Made by a program: the position numbers and the translations under genes | Shown here: one piece after another, positions 48,838 to 61,800 of the stretch | Numbering within the stretch: position 1 is the stretch's first letter | Layout of the letters: every line of letters starts with the position of its first letter | Origin: Amphiscolops sp. MND2022 | Lineage: Eukaryota | Direction of reading: 5' to 3' | Assembly: GCA_964187785.1 (NCBI GenBank) | Contig: OZ076410.1 | Span: 22,940,001 to 23,004,000, forward strand | DNA length: 64,000 nt | Notes under the pieces: generated by a model | Databases searched by the model: none | What the model was told of the DNA's origin: nothing | Seen by the model: the letters and a program-made list of their open reading frames with translations, nothing else

Positions 48838-49421
48838 ATGGTTTATCTAATTGGAGCAAGTTCACTCTATCGAGCCTTTAATTCTTCACCTTACTCTCTC
48901 AGATCTACAATTTATAAAAAATCTACAGCCATCCCTGGATTATCCCTGAACCCAAATTCAAACAATAGACTTAAAGATCTTGGTTTCTTACTGGAAAGAG
49001 GCCAGTTGAGAGATAGAAGCGATCTTGTTTGTTGGCACGACGTTATTAAAAACAGTATTACCGAACATAAATCAAACGGAAATAAAGCCCTCACCGTTGA
49101 ACAGCTTTTGCACATCCTGAAAAAAATTCCCAAAAGTTTGCTGCTATCATCTACTGCCAAAGATTCAGCACTCCAAACATTCTCGAAGAACTGCGAACGC
49201 TAAACATCCTTATCATCGACGTCAAGAAAAAACTTCTGTCCAAGCGCAAGCAGAAAACACCAAAAATCACCTCTGAACTACAAAAAGTTCACCACTGGCC
49301 CGAATTGGAGCGCAACTTTATCACCACTATCCTCAAGAAATCGACAGATCTCTACAGCCTAGTTCTACAGAAACGATCCAAAACAAGAAAGAGAAAACCC
49401 AGAAAAAAGAAGAAAGCCTAA
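48838..49421 (+). pseudogene. LINE-A upstream ORF0, SGNH/GDSL-like with basic tail (one frameshift near 49130)
   Basis: MVYLIGASSL...LVCWHDVIKNS...AIIYCQR...ELQKVHH...RKRKPRKKKKA*; homologue at 57650-58090. Confidence 0.6.
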
Positions 49422-49520
49422 TTGAAAAGTTAGAACTTTTTTCTTAATTATCACTTAAGAGTACGGCGACAGCTTTTGAGGTTTAGTTACCTTGGAGTAG
49501 TCGTCGTGCAATTAGGTAAG

Positions 49521-51480
49521 ATGCCATCCAAAAACAAAAAAAGACCGCACAGTATCAGCAGCAGATCAAAACCCGGACGACTGCGGAACTTGTAACAATG
49601 CAGTACTATCTGGAACAAGTGCCATCGAATGTGCTTCTTGCGTACGCTGGTTTCATCAGAAATGCACCGACCTCGCTGAAGAAACTATTAAAGCGATAGA
49701 TGGTTACAAATCGATTCATTGGTACTGTAATGATTGCTTGCACTCCGTTAGAAAATTTCTACGGCCTAAAGGACTGAAAGCAATGGACCAAAAACTGGAT
49801 ACACTCATCGAGTCAAACCGACAACACCAAAAAAGTCTCTCGGCAACAATAACAATAACCAAAGTTGACAACGCAACAAACGTTACAGCTGTTTCAACGG
49901 AGAGTATCACGAAACTTTCCAAAGACCTGTCTGCAAAAATACCAGCAATAAACAAAGTTGCACACGGAATTGCACCCAGAAGTAGCTCTGTCAAAGACGC
50001 TGTTGAAAAATGTCGTCAACGTATGCCACAGCCACAAATAAAGGAGCAGCAATACAAACAGAAACGTTCACCATAACAACCAAACCCAGAGATGTCAACG
50101 GAGTTCTCATTATCGAGAATGCAGATCCTACCTTCAGAAACAGCTCTGATATAAAAAGAAGCTTCTCCAAAGCCTTCCCCAAAAAGAAACTACTATATGC
50201 CTTCAGAACCACCAGAGGGCATATCCACCTGGAATTTGAAACACACGATGAATCCAAAGAGATTGAAGATGCATGGCGGTCAAACTTCTTGGGTAAGGAC
50301 ACGGTCTGTCGCAGGCCAAGAACGCTTCAGAAAACCTTCTCAATCATAATAAAAGATGTCCCGAAAGAAGACGATTTTACAGACACAAACATATCTTCTT
50401 CACTACAAGCAAACTTCCCTGAAGCAAAAGCTAGAAGATTCATTAAGAAAGAGAGCACCATTCTGGATTTCTTCCAAACTCAAAGAAAAAAACAATGCAA
50501 AACATGGTAATTTATTTTGGCGAAACATTCAGAAGGTATTCCCCAACAAAAAAGACCAGATGGTAGCCCCTTTGAGATCACAATCCGGACCGTGTTTCGA
50601 TGAGCCAGATAAAGCAAAATTACTGCTCAACACGTTTTTTAGCGGTAGCCATCTGAAAGAAGAAGAATTTGACAGAGAGTTTGAAAACCTTGTGGATGAT
50701 CAAATGCGATAAATTGATTTTTTAGAATTTACAGACAGTAATGCGTACTCCAGCTTATGGTTCAATGAAGCTGTTGAAAGACATGAACTAGACGAGATCA
50801 TTGAAAAACTACGAAACCTGAAATGTAACAGCGACGATGACAAGATCCACCCGAAGATGGTCATCATGTCTGGAAATAACTTCAGAACCTGCCTAATCAA
50901 CCTCTTCAACTCTTGCCTCAGATCTGGAGCCTGGCCTTGGACAGACACTCGCGTTTTACTCATTAAGAAACCCATGAAAGCTGACTACAGCAACCCATCT
51001 GCCTTCAGGCCAATTTCAATCAGCAGCCATATAGGAAAAGTCTTCGAAAGAATACTCAACCGACGTCTAATGCGCTACATGCTCTCTGAAAAACTTATTG
51101 ATATTGAACAAGAAGGATTTCTCCCAGAGAAAAACACCGTCAGATCACTCTTCAGACTAAAACTCGAATGCGACCTCCTCAAGAAGAGCAAATTATGTGC
51201 AGCTCTCATAAATCTAGACTTAGAGAAGGCTTGCGATAGCGTTTGGCACAATGGCCTGCTGCTGAAGCTATGGACAGCAGGAATACGAGGATCACTCTTT
51301 AATCTGCTTCGGAATTTTCTCAAATGCCAACTGATACGAACAAAACAGGATGGAGTGTTAAGCTCGCCCATTAAGCCAAAACAGGGAGTTCCGCAAGGAA
51401 GCGTACTCTCACCATTGCTTTTCATATTTTTCATCGCAGAAATGTGGAAGAATACTGATGGGATTAATTCCCATGCAGGT
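49521..51480 (+). mobile_element. LINE-A (I/Jockey-group-like): PHD-finger ORF1 and ORF2 RT fragment; endonuclease deleted
   Basis: PHD CGTC...CASCVRWFHQKC...WYCNDC; RT FRPISISSHIGKVFERIL, DLEKACDSVWH, GVPQGSVLSPLLF. Confidence 0.9.
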
Positions 51481-51899
51481 TTCGTTGTTTTTCATCACAA
51501 CTCAACCTCGAAACCTATCCAATTGCAGGAATACCACATTTGGGTGTGTGCCAATCTCCCAAAAAAAACAATCACAACAGTGAGGCAATCCGTATACAGA
51601 GCAAAACCTTGAATTGTTAAAAAGAAATAAAAAGAGAATTATCTCACCGGGTTGTGATGGTTCTTTCAGCCCAAGTGCAGCGACAAACCAACAAAACAGC
51701 GTCAGAGATGTTGTCCAGTTGTCTCAAATTCAAATCATTGCCATCTCTGAAGCTATTCAACAAGCCCATCACAACAATTAAGCTAATCGCTATGATGAAA
51801 TGCGTTTTTGGGATGAAAAGCTTGAAAATTTTGTCGTTTCAAGTGATTGATCTATGATACGATATATTGCAATAGTTGTATTTTGCAATATCAATATAT

Positions 51900-53420
51900 T
51901 GATTGCTGCTGTTTTTTAGCAATAAATTTTGCGATTTTGATTGCACAACCCTTGAATCAGCAGCGAACGATACTTCCAACATAGACCAAACATCGAGAGG
52001 CTCAATTTACTGCCTCTGGAGACTGCCAAACATGGAAGAAAAATATATTTATACCTGGAAAACTACCCACTCCTATTATGAATGTTGATGAGTTTTTACT
52101 GCCTACTGTGGGCATTTTAGTGTCAATAGAAGTACTCTGGCTTTGATCTGACCACTCTATATTTTTTTCTGATTCGCTTTCTTGGGAGCACTTGCTCTTT
52201 TTGCAAATTCCATTCGTCTTTCTGATCTGCAGCTCTTTCTGATTTGTTTTGCATTTCTGCTGCCCTAGTTTGAACTTCGGGTTTCTTATAATCTTCTTGC
52301 AAATTCTTGCTAATTCTGAGTTCCTCGAACAGTTCAAAATGTCTACCGTAATAACTGTACGCCCGTAACCCAGGTTATTCCAGCTGCATTCATCTAGTTG
52401 GCGGTTCTTTTCTTCCATCATTGGTTAATCACATTAAATGTGCTCTACAGTCTGAATCTACAGCCCTATCTTCCTTACATAGGCATAGGGGCAATTCTAC
52501 TAGACTCGGTCACGGTAGAAAATGGTACATTGTATTGTTTCATAAAAAAAACTCATGTACAGCAATTCATCTAGTCGTGAGAAGTCAGGTGGAATCGGTA
52601 AGGGTTCGCAAGACAACTTTGGGATGTTTGCTGCTCCCTCTAGTGTCAACGTATTATTCATCGACTCCTGCCACAGAATATCCGAGTACTTTACTAATGG
52701 ACTTCTGTCGTATGAGCAATAATTCGAACTAAGGCGGACTAATCGACTCAGGTTACTTTTTTGCTCCCCTATTAGGCTGTGTTCAATTTCAGTAAAGCCC
52801 TGCGGGCGTTCGGTTTTTTTTTCCACTCCCGGAAGCGAACCATGTCTTTCAAATATTTTGCGATTGTTGATCCTGAACAGCCACTCAATTTCGTGGTTAT
52901 GTAGTCCATGCACACGTCGTTTTTGGAAACCCCGCTCCGTTGAAATGTTTTCAGGTAGTGCCTAATAGAGTCCATCTTGTTCCAGATCGACAGCGGTGGT
53001 AGGCCTGTAAAAACCTCTGCAATGGATTGGTTTACCTTGAACATTGGCCCAATGGATCGCTTCAACTTTTCGTACCAGATACCATTAATCGACCGAATGG
53101 TCTTAGTTGTCATCCACACTATAACCTCATAGAGGAGAATAGGAAGAAACGTAGTTTCAATGAGTTTCACTATGACTTGATGATTGAGACCATTGGTCCT
53201 GTTCGTAAATCGGGTGATAACCCTCCAACTGTTGCACATTTTTTTGCCATTTAACCGCTGTGACCTGGAAAAGATAGTTTATTGTCAATGCAGTCTCCCA
53301 ATACGCTTCTTGCTGAAATAAATTGTATACTATTGCTCCCAAGAGGTTTTGGATTCAACGGTTGTTGTTTTGCTATATATTTCCAATATCCCTAATTTGC
53401 GGGACGGTGTTTAAAGTATA
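51900..53420 (-). mobile_element. LINE ORF2 3' portion (RT thumb and C-terminus) in opposite orientation
   Basis: LGDCIDNKLSF-like segment and ETTFLPILLYEVIVW...AEVFTGLPPL (ORF 52772-53239); boundaries approximate. Confidence 0.65.
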
Positions 53421-53469
53421 AATATCACAAAGAGAGCATTGAGAGTTGGTTAAAGTCAAGTTATGTTTT

Positions 53470-56400
53470 AATGATGAGAACTATACAATTCCGTTTATTT
53501 TCGGTGAATGTGAGATGTTGTGAACAATGGTATTGCAGTCTTCAGGGTCAAGGAGATTCAAAGAGTCAATGTCGTCTGGTCCGATGTCTTGGAATTGACC
53601 ACATACAAGAAAGAATTGTTTTGCAGTCTCTTCTCTTTTGTCACAACGACACATCGGAGATTCCGCCTGCCAGTTTTTCCAAGCGTAATCGGCTAAAGCG
53701 AAAGAATTGTCGATCATCTTCTCACATATTTTGATGGCTTCATACCTTTGGCAGTTGAAAAGGGCACTAGAGTGCTCCAAGTTGCTAGGATTATGGTGCA
53801 ACATTTCAGAAAAGACTTGTTGTCATTATTATCCCACCTGAGGTTCCACAGATGCTTAATGAAAAGGCTGATATCTTGCTGTTCATATCTCGTACAATTT
53901 TGAATTATCAAAAACTTTTCGAATCGAGTAACATGATTCTCGAGGAGGTTAGCAACACTGTCCAGAAAACAGGAAGATGCATCATGGGCCCAATGTAGTA
54001 AATCGTTTTCTAGTTTGAGCTTCCAGAGAAATTTGACGTTGATTGCTGTATTTAGAAGATCAAGACGTGGTGTTCCTAGAAGAACCTGTCATGAGTCGAT
54101 ATTCGGCGAAACTCCGTGTCTAAAGACTGTCCTCATGAAATTGTTCTGTACTGCTGTGACGTATTTGAGGTTTTTCTCCAGCAAAAATTGGTGCTGCATA
54201 GAAAAGTGAGAGTAGGTTGGTAGTTTTGTACAACAGAACTAGCGTTGAAACTGCATACTCCACTTTCTATTGCATAACGACTTGATTATATTCCAATTTC
54301 GCTTTCCTCTCTTAGTTGTTTAAGTAGAATGATCCCGGTAGTTGAGCTTGCTATCACTAATTACTCCGAGAGACTTCGTTGTTTTTTACCTTGACATATA
54401 TCACCATTGACGGACGGGAGTTCGAAGTCATTTCCTTTGTAATTGAAATGGATTAATTCAGTTTCTCCTCCTTTCACTAACATCCTCCAATCTGAACATC
54501 AGAGAATTTTGACGGATCTTTGCCAGTGACAATGAGAGAACTTTCGTCTGCAACCTTGAATTGTTGTGCATGATTACGAAGGAAGTCGTTCAGGAAGATG
54601 ATGAAGAGCAATGGCGACATTACACTTCCCTGTGGAACGCCAATGTCAATCTGGAACTTCGGAAATTGGTCCCCATTCACTCCGATGAAAGCGACTCTGG
54701 TTTTTAGAAACGATTTTATTATCTGATACATTTTGCCAGAAAAATTGTGTTAACAGTTTAAAGAGAAGGCCGTCCACCCCACGCTTTTGAAAGCGTTTTC
54801 GAGGTCAATGTTGAGCAGAGCCGTTGTCAAACGTGAACGTTTGGCATTTTCGTGCATGAGATGTAGTCTGTAGAGCGATCGAGTGGTGTTTCTTTTCGAT
54901 CTGAAACCCTCCTGTTTGTACACAAGCAGTCCATTCACATCAAGATGTGATTTGAATTTAAATGCAAGTATTCTTTCCTGCGTTTTGCCGATATGACTGG
55001 AGACTGAGGGTGGTCGATATGAAGAGCATTCATCATATCTCTCTTTGTTTAGTTTGCGTATGAAAACGACTCGTGACTCCGTCCATGGCCACACATGATA
55101 TTCCCAGCAAGCATTGAAAACATTCCGCAGAAAAAAAAGGTGCTTTAGTGTCCAAATTCTTTCTCAATGTCAAATGGAGACCATCAATATCAAACGATTT
55201 GGTGCTGCTTGATTTCTTCAATTCGTCAATTGTAATTTCATCATGAAATACTTCATTATCATGTTCAGGATCATCAAGTGGGTTGGTTTATTTTGGCTTC
55301 TACTTGCAGTTATGTTGCATTGTTGAAATGTTGCCTTTTCAGATGTTTTCCTCTGAAGAACGTGGATACAAATTCTTTGCTAATTTCTTCTGGAGCATAT
55401 AAGAGCCTCCCTTCCTTACTGCGTATTAGACCAATTTCTTCGTGTTTAGTGTTGGGTAAGGTTTTGTAAGAAGTCCAAAACTCTTCTTCTTTGATGCCCA
55501 AGCAATGACAGATAGTTTTCCATCGATTCAGTTACACATTTGTTCAGTAGAATTTTGAAACGTTCCTCAGCTGCCTTCAGCTTTTATCCGTTTTCAAAAT
55601 TTGATTTGAATTTGAACTTTTTGCGTAAAAACCGAAGCTCATTGCTTGCGTCTGTCCATTTTGAGTTCCAAAACGGTTTGCTATAGTTTGAAACACCTTT
55701 GAGGGGTATGTGACCAAAGGAAGCTTCAAAAAACAGATTCCTGATCTCGGTAAAAACAGGGTCGTCCTCAACAACCATGAGACTGTCTAATCAGCCCTCA
55801 ATGAAAGAAGTCCAACCTGCCCTTTCCAATAAGCTTTTTCAACCCGTAATTTCGTGGTTTTTTCGATGTTGCTGCTACAATCCAATCTCATAATAACAGT
55901 AACAAGGCCCCTCAGTTGAGCACCGGTGAAAAGCAAATTCATCCGTAGACAGAAAGTGTTTACATCTATCAAAAGAGGCCCGTAACAGATGCAAAGATCG
56001 ATGACAGTGGAGTCACTTGCTGCCAAAAACGTAGGCCCGCCATCCTTGAAAATGCTTAAGTGGTCAATGATTTGAACTAGTTCCTCACCTAAAAAGTTAC
56101 ACGATTTGTCCCCCCAATACGTATGCCTTGCATAAAAGTCACCAAAGAAAAGAGCTTCATTCAGACAATTTTTGTCAACATACGTTTTGCAGCTCTGTAT
56201 AATTTTTGTTGCTTTTCTCAAGCCTTCGAAGTCATCGGGTCTGATATATGAAGTAGTTACAACTAACTTGATTCCGCCTAGCCTAACAGTCAAAACAACA
56301 TTATCACCAGAGGTGTCCTCGAGTTGATAAAGTCTTGAGTAAGGGATGTGATTTTTCAGTAATACTGCCACGCCCCCATATTGTCCACCCATACATCTGA

Positions 56401-58090
56401 TTGTTGTCAAAAAGATTTGCGCTAATTTGTGTCTTGGTTTCATTAAGAAAAACGATATCAGCTTTGGTTTGTTGTAGGTATTGATTTTATGCTTATTTAC
56501 TATGATCACTCAGGCCGCAATTATTAATCTGCAAGAAGGTGAAACCAGGGTTAGCCATCATTTTTTGACACGGGGTTTCTTGAAATCGGTACTGGTAGAC
56601 CAGGCACCTCAGAAAAATTTTGTACCTGTTTATTAGAAGTTGGGCAGTCAAGAGAATCAGTTTCGTGGCTTCCGCTGCAATTGGTACACCTGGCAGGCTG
56701 ATTACCTTCGCAGTTTTCGACAGAGTGCTCGTCGGAGCAATGTTTGCTTGACAATTTCGAATGGCAACTGGAACTGACGTGTCCGAATGTCTGACATTGG
56801 TAGCAGTGGATTATTCGTGTTCCTTGCTGTATGAGTTCGACTTGTTGATAGTACAAATGGTCAAAGAAAGTCCCATCGGTTGTTGCCTTGTCAAACTGGG
56901 CTTTTGAGGGAAACGTCAATTTGACAGATTGCAGTGATTTCCCATCGCTTTTTGACAAAGCGTCGGATTCTGACACCTGGAAAATTATCAGTAAGAGCTC
57001 ATATCATGTCCGAGTCGGATACTTTTAATGGTATCGATACTTTTAACTCATCGTTTTACGGCGCTGTGCTGCTCATTCCTGTCACTAGTTCTCCGAACCG
57101 ACGAGTCGCCCTCAACAAATTCAACCTTCCATCCCTGCAAAACACAGTCAGCCTCCTCTGGTGTTGTAAACTCGGGATGTATATTACCACGCGCTGTAAT
57201 AAAGACGTAGAGTACCTTATTGTTTGGATATATGGAAGCAAACGCTTTTTAAATTTCGATGCTATCCCTTAACTCCTGATATATCTTGATGAGCAATATG
57301 TTGCGAGGATCACAATTTTGTCTTGTTCCACTTCTGCTTTCAGTTGTACTTTTCGTTGGCGTTTCGTCTCAGTTACTTTTCATTTATCCGCTTAATTCTC
57401 GAGAAGCTGAGTTGATGCTGGCATTGCTGGGTTGTCAAACTGGGTTGTCAAATCACGACTCACATCCGTTGCAACATACTGAATTCTTTTCAGTTTCCTC
57501 AACAATACTTTTACATTTAGGGCAACAATCATCCGAGACCGACTGATTCCTGTTTTTTGGTCCCATTATGTCAGATCACTGCCAAATCGCAAGGTTTCCC
57601 AACCAACTAAGGTTTTCGAAGTCCAAGAAAAAAAAACAAGATCATTAGCCTACTGAGGCACTCTCAGTTGTCTTAGCTTCTTTCTTAATCTCTGATTCGG
57701 GTTCTTCCTTATCTTTTTATCTGGTTTGAACCTCTGTACGTGATTTTGGTTATTCCAGACTATATGTAGGAGGTTGAATTCTAGTGCTGCCGACGGATGC
57801 ACCTGTTGCAAGTCGGACAGGAGTGCACTGTCTTTGCGTTTCCTATGAGAAATTAATTTTCTAACAGCGTCGATGATGATAATCTGTGAACCGAATAACG
57901 GCCTTTTGATGTTCCCGGTGCCCAGACGACGACAGTAAACTATTGCTTTAATTCTGTCCTTGAACAGCCGGAGATTCTCTATTAGCTGATCGATCGAACT
58001 TGGCTGATAGTTTTAGCTTCTATGGGGTGAAACTGAATTGTTTATAACGTCGTGCCAAATAGCGTCGTACCTTTATCCTCCAGCAAATAA
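53470..58090 (-). mobile_element. LINE-B, near full-length and decayed: ORF0, PHD plus triple-knuckle ORF1, APE-RT-CCHC ORF2
   Basis: ORF1 ATG 57566 (MGPKNRN...CPKC...CNGCES*F), knuckles CYQCQTFGHVSSSC; APE YGGVAVL, GDFYARH; RT SHIGKTQERIL, GVPQGSVMSPLLF; C-terminal CRCDKREET..FFLVC. Confidence 0.9.
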
Positions 58091-58838
58091 GAGTATTTAG
58101 ATTTTTTATATCTATCCAGTTGCAATCATTCATCCTCCAGATGTTGCTTGCATCTTGATGAACAACTATAGGACAATAGTAGATGAACAGTGAGAACTTC
58201 AATTCTTTTTATGCCTGCTAATTTGCGAGGAGCACTGCTTTCATGTCCTAACTTTCTATAGGAAACAAGATGAAGCAAATCGGCAAACATCAGTCGCAGA
58301 AAATATTTATGCATCTTTCTAGATTTGGCACATTCATTTCATTGAAAATCACGAAGCAATTTTTCGAACAAAGAACTCAAAACCTTTTAGTAAAAATCAG
58401 CATTTAAAAAATCCAACCAACATAGGAAACATAAAAATAACTAAGCAACCAGATCATGCAACCACAGAGTTAATTGGACCCAGGACAAATCTAAATTCAG
58501 AAACTCAATGAGGCTCGAGAAATGGTAACGATTACAAACCAAAGAAAACAAATATTTCTTGCTGGAACAAAACTCAAGTTTTCATGTCTTTACGTCAGCA
58601 ATAAAAGTGGTTTGCAACTGAAACTTCTCTTTGGGTCACATCAGAGTTTATTATGAAACGAAGTACTATTATCACTACCGACGGTTCCCTATGTTTTTTC
58701 TGCAGAAAACGACTGTGATATTAAAAACACTTTACTGGCTGTAATGCTGAGTAGACTAACGAAACTACCTAAGAAAACTTCTCTAGCTGAAACCAGCCCC
58801 TCAAAGAGGACGAATGTTAGGTTTTGCACGTAAAAAAC

Positions 58839-61800
58839 TGTTGGAAGTCATTTCCCACCAAAACCAAAAATATAAAATTTCATTCTGAGGTTGATTCATC
58901 AAAATTCTTATGTAATCTTTGACTCATCATCATTGTTGCGGTAAATTGCATCCAATAAAATTATCTCCATTTGCTAAAATCTTCTACTTGTCGAGTATCG
59001 AATTATAAAAGGTTGTTGAGCCCAGCTGAAAATGGAAAACGATAATACCAAAAAAACTTCTCATATTCAACGGGAAGCCGGAGAGATTTATAACTTGGAA
59101 AACGAAATTCAGTGGCTATTTACTAAGCAAGAACATACATATAAACCAAGATGATGACTCTGAAGAAAGAAGAGCTGCAAACAATGTGAATCTCTACCGT
59201 GAGTTGGTCATGCATCTACATGACTCTCTACTGCAAGCTGTCATTACTTCTGGAGCAAACGATGGTATCAAAGTATGGGCGTATCTGTATGAAAAATATG
59301 GGCAAATAAAAGTGTCGCAGATTCTTTCGTTGTGGAAGCAGTTCATCGACTCAAGAGTTGAATCCGATGAGACCGTTTCATGTTATTTAACTATATGTTT
59401 TGATATTTGAATTGGAGCCCGCTAAAGAAGGTATTATTGAAAGTTTGAAAATTGCGACAGTTATTAAAGCCGTACCTGAAGAATTCGAGTCTTTTAACGC
59501 AGCAATTCAATTCCAAAAAATTGACTATAACGAGTTAAAGAACAAACTGATTGAAAAATCTTTGTACCTACCGAGCAGAGACTTAAGCATCGAAAAAAAT
59601 TCGAATGTAGTAGTTGCCAAAATTCATTTTGATAAACAAAAGAAAAACAAACCAGTTTACAAATGTGCTAATTGTGGAAAAACACATCACAAAACGGAAA
59701 ATTGTTTTGCACCTGGTTGCAAGTTGCACAAACCCAAACAGAAAACAGCTGTTTCTGGTCTCGCGAAGAGCTATCACAAGCTAGGTTTTTCTTCTCACTA
59801 CAATTGTGAGAACAAATTATTGATTGATAGTGGCTGTACCGATCATATTATAACCGATTGAAGTTTGTTTAAAGAAATCAACGAGCCTTCTCCTGGTAAA
59901 AATGTTTGCAATGCAGATCTTTCGAAACAAGAAATTCATGGCATTGGTTCAGCGAAGATAGATGTCGTAGATGCCAATGGTAAACATCTTGAGCAACAAT
60001 GGTAAATCTTGAGCAAGCTCTTAATGTTCCGGAGTATAAATTCAAGTTACTGTCAATGAAAAAATTGGTTGAGAAGAACAATTCATTCCACTCTATTTGA
60101 AAGAAAGTTATTTCATTTGTGGAAACAAAGGAAAAATTGTGCTGTTTTGTGATGACAAATTATGTTACCTCATTTTAGCTCAATCTGAATCGAAAGTTTT
60201 TTACAGTTATACGTTGTGGCACTCCCGTTTCGGACATGCTTCAAATGACATGTTAAGAAAAATGAAAAACGACAATTCCGTCTATGGTCTTGAAATTTTT
60301 TTCCAGCATTGAGAATAGGGAGCCTTGTCAACCTTGTGGTGCACTTAAAAAAAGCACAGTTGAGAAAATTCCAAAAGCATCACGTGATATTTCGAAGGAA
60401 AAATTTGATCTAATTCATTTCGATATTTGTGGACCTTTTCCAAAGTCTTTGAAAAATCAACGTCACATGGTGTCTTTCATAGATGATCATACAAAGTTTG
60501 CAAGATTTTATTTCATGAGAGAGAAATCAGAACTTCCTGAAAAGTTCAAAGAATATCTTGCTTACGTCGGCAAAGGAAATGTCAAATCTCTTCGTTTTGT
60601 TAATAGAACTGAGTACACCAGTAAAGAATTTCGTGCAATTTGCATAAATGAAGGCATTCGACAAGAATTTACTTCACCTTACAGTCCATTCTAAAACGGA
60701 GTAGCGGAGCGTTATTGGCGAACGATTTGTGATATGACAAGATGTTTTCTCTCAAATCAAATCTGAAAAACAACTTTTGGGTTCGAGCTGCTGACACAGC
60801 TTGCTATATTCGAAATCGTTGTTTTAGAAAAGGTAACAATTCAGACAAAACACCTTACGAATTGTTCTTCGACAAGAAACCTACTGTATATCATTTAAGG
60901 CGTTTTGGTTGCCTTGCTTATACCAAAACTATGTCTAATCGACGTAAATTTGACCAAAAGCAGAAAAAATGATAATTTGTGGATATGACTGGGAAAGTAA
61001 GGGAAAGTAATGACTGGGATATTCTGTATTCATTGAAAAAGCAGTTCATCTGTAGTCGTAATGTCAAATTTGACGAACAACAATTTTATTACTCGGTGTT
61101 GAAAGATTCCAGTCACTCATTTGCTTTACAGCCTGTAGTGAATAACCAGAATACTGAAATTCCAACAGTCAACAGTCAAGATGGTACTAATGATCCTGGT
61201 ATTGTACCTACTACAGCAAATGTGGATGATTTGACAGATACCGAAAGCACATAATCTCTTCTCTCACCCTCTCTCACTGATAATGAATATCTTGTCAACC
61301 AAGCAACATCTCCTGAAAAAAGAGCAAGTAAAAAACCAGAACGTTTAGGCAATCCAATTCAGTTTCCTGACAAGCAGAAAATAACAGATTTCACGTTTTC
61401 TTCTCTGTCACTCTGAGGAAAAAGATCCCTTGACTTATTCGGATGCGATGAATTCAATGAACTGTGAAAGTTGGAAACAAGCGATAAATTCTGAATTGGA
61501 TTCACTTAAAAAACTTGGTGTTTATGATTTGGTGAATGAACCAAAAGAGTTTCCTTTAATGAAAGGCAAATGGATCTTTGTTACAAAACGATTACCAGAT
61601 GGTTCAATTTTAAAACACAAAGCCCGTTATGTCGCGAAATGCAATTCACAAGTTTATGGTGAAAATTACACTGAAACTCTTTCACCCACTGTGTCACATT
61701 CAATAATACGTGTCTTACTGGCACTAGCAGCTAAAAAGTCAATGAAAATTCATCAAATGGATGACAAAACAGCCTTTCTCAATTCTCCAATAAAGGATAA

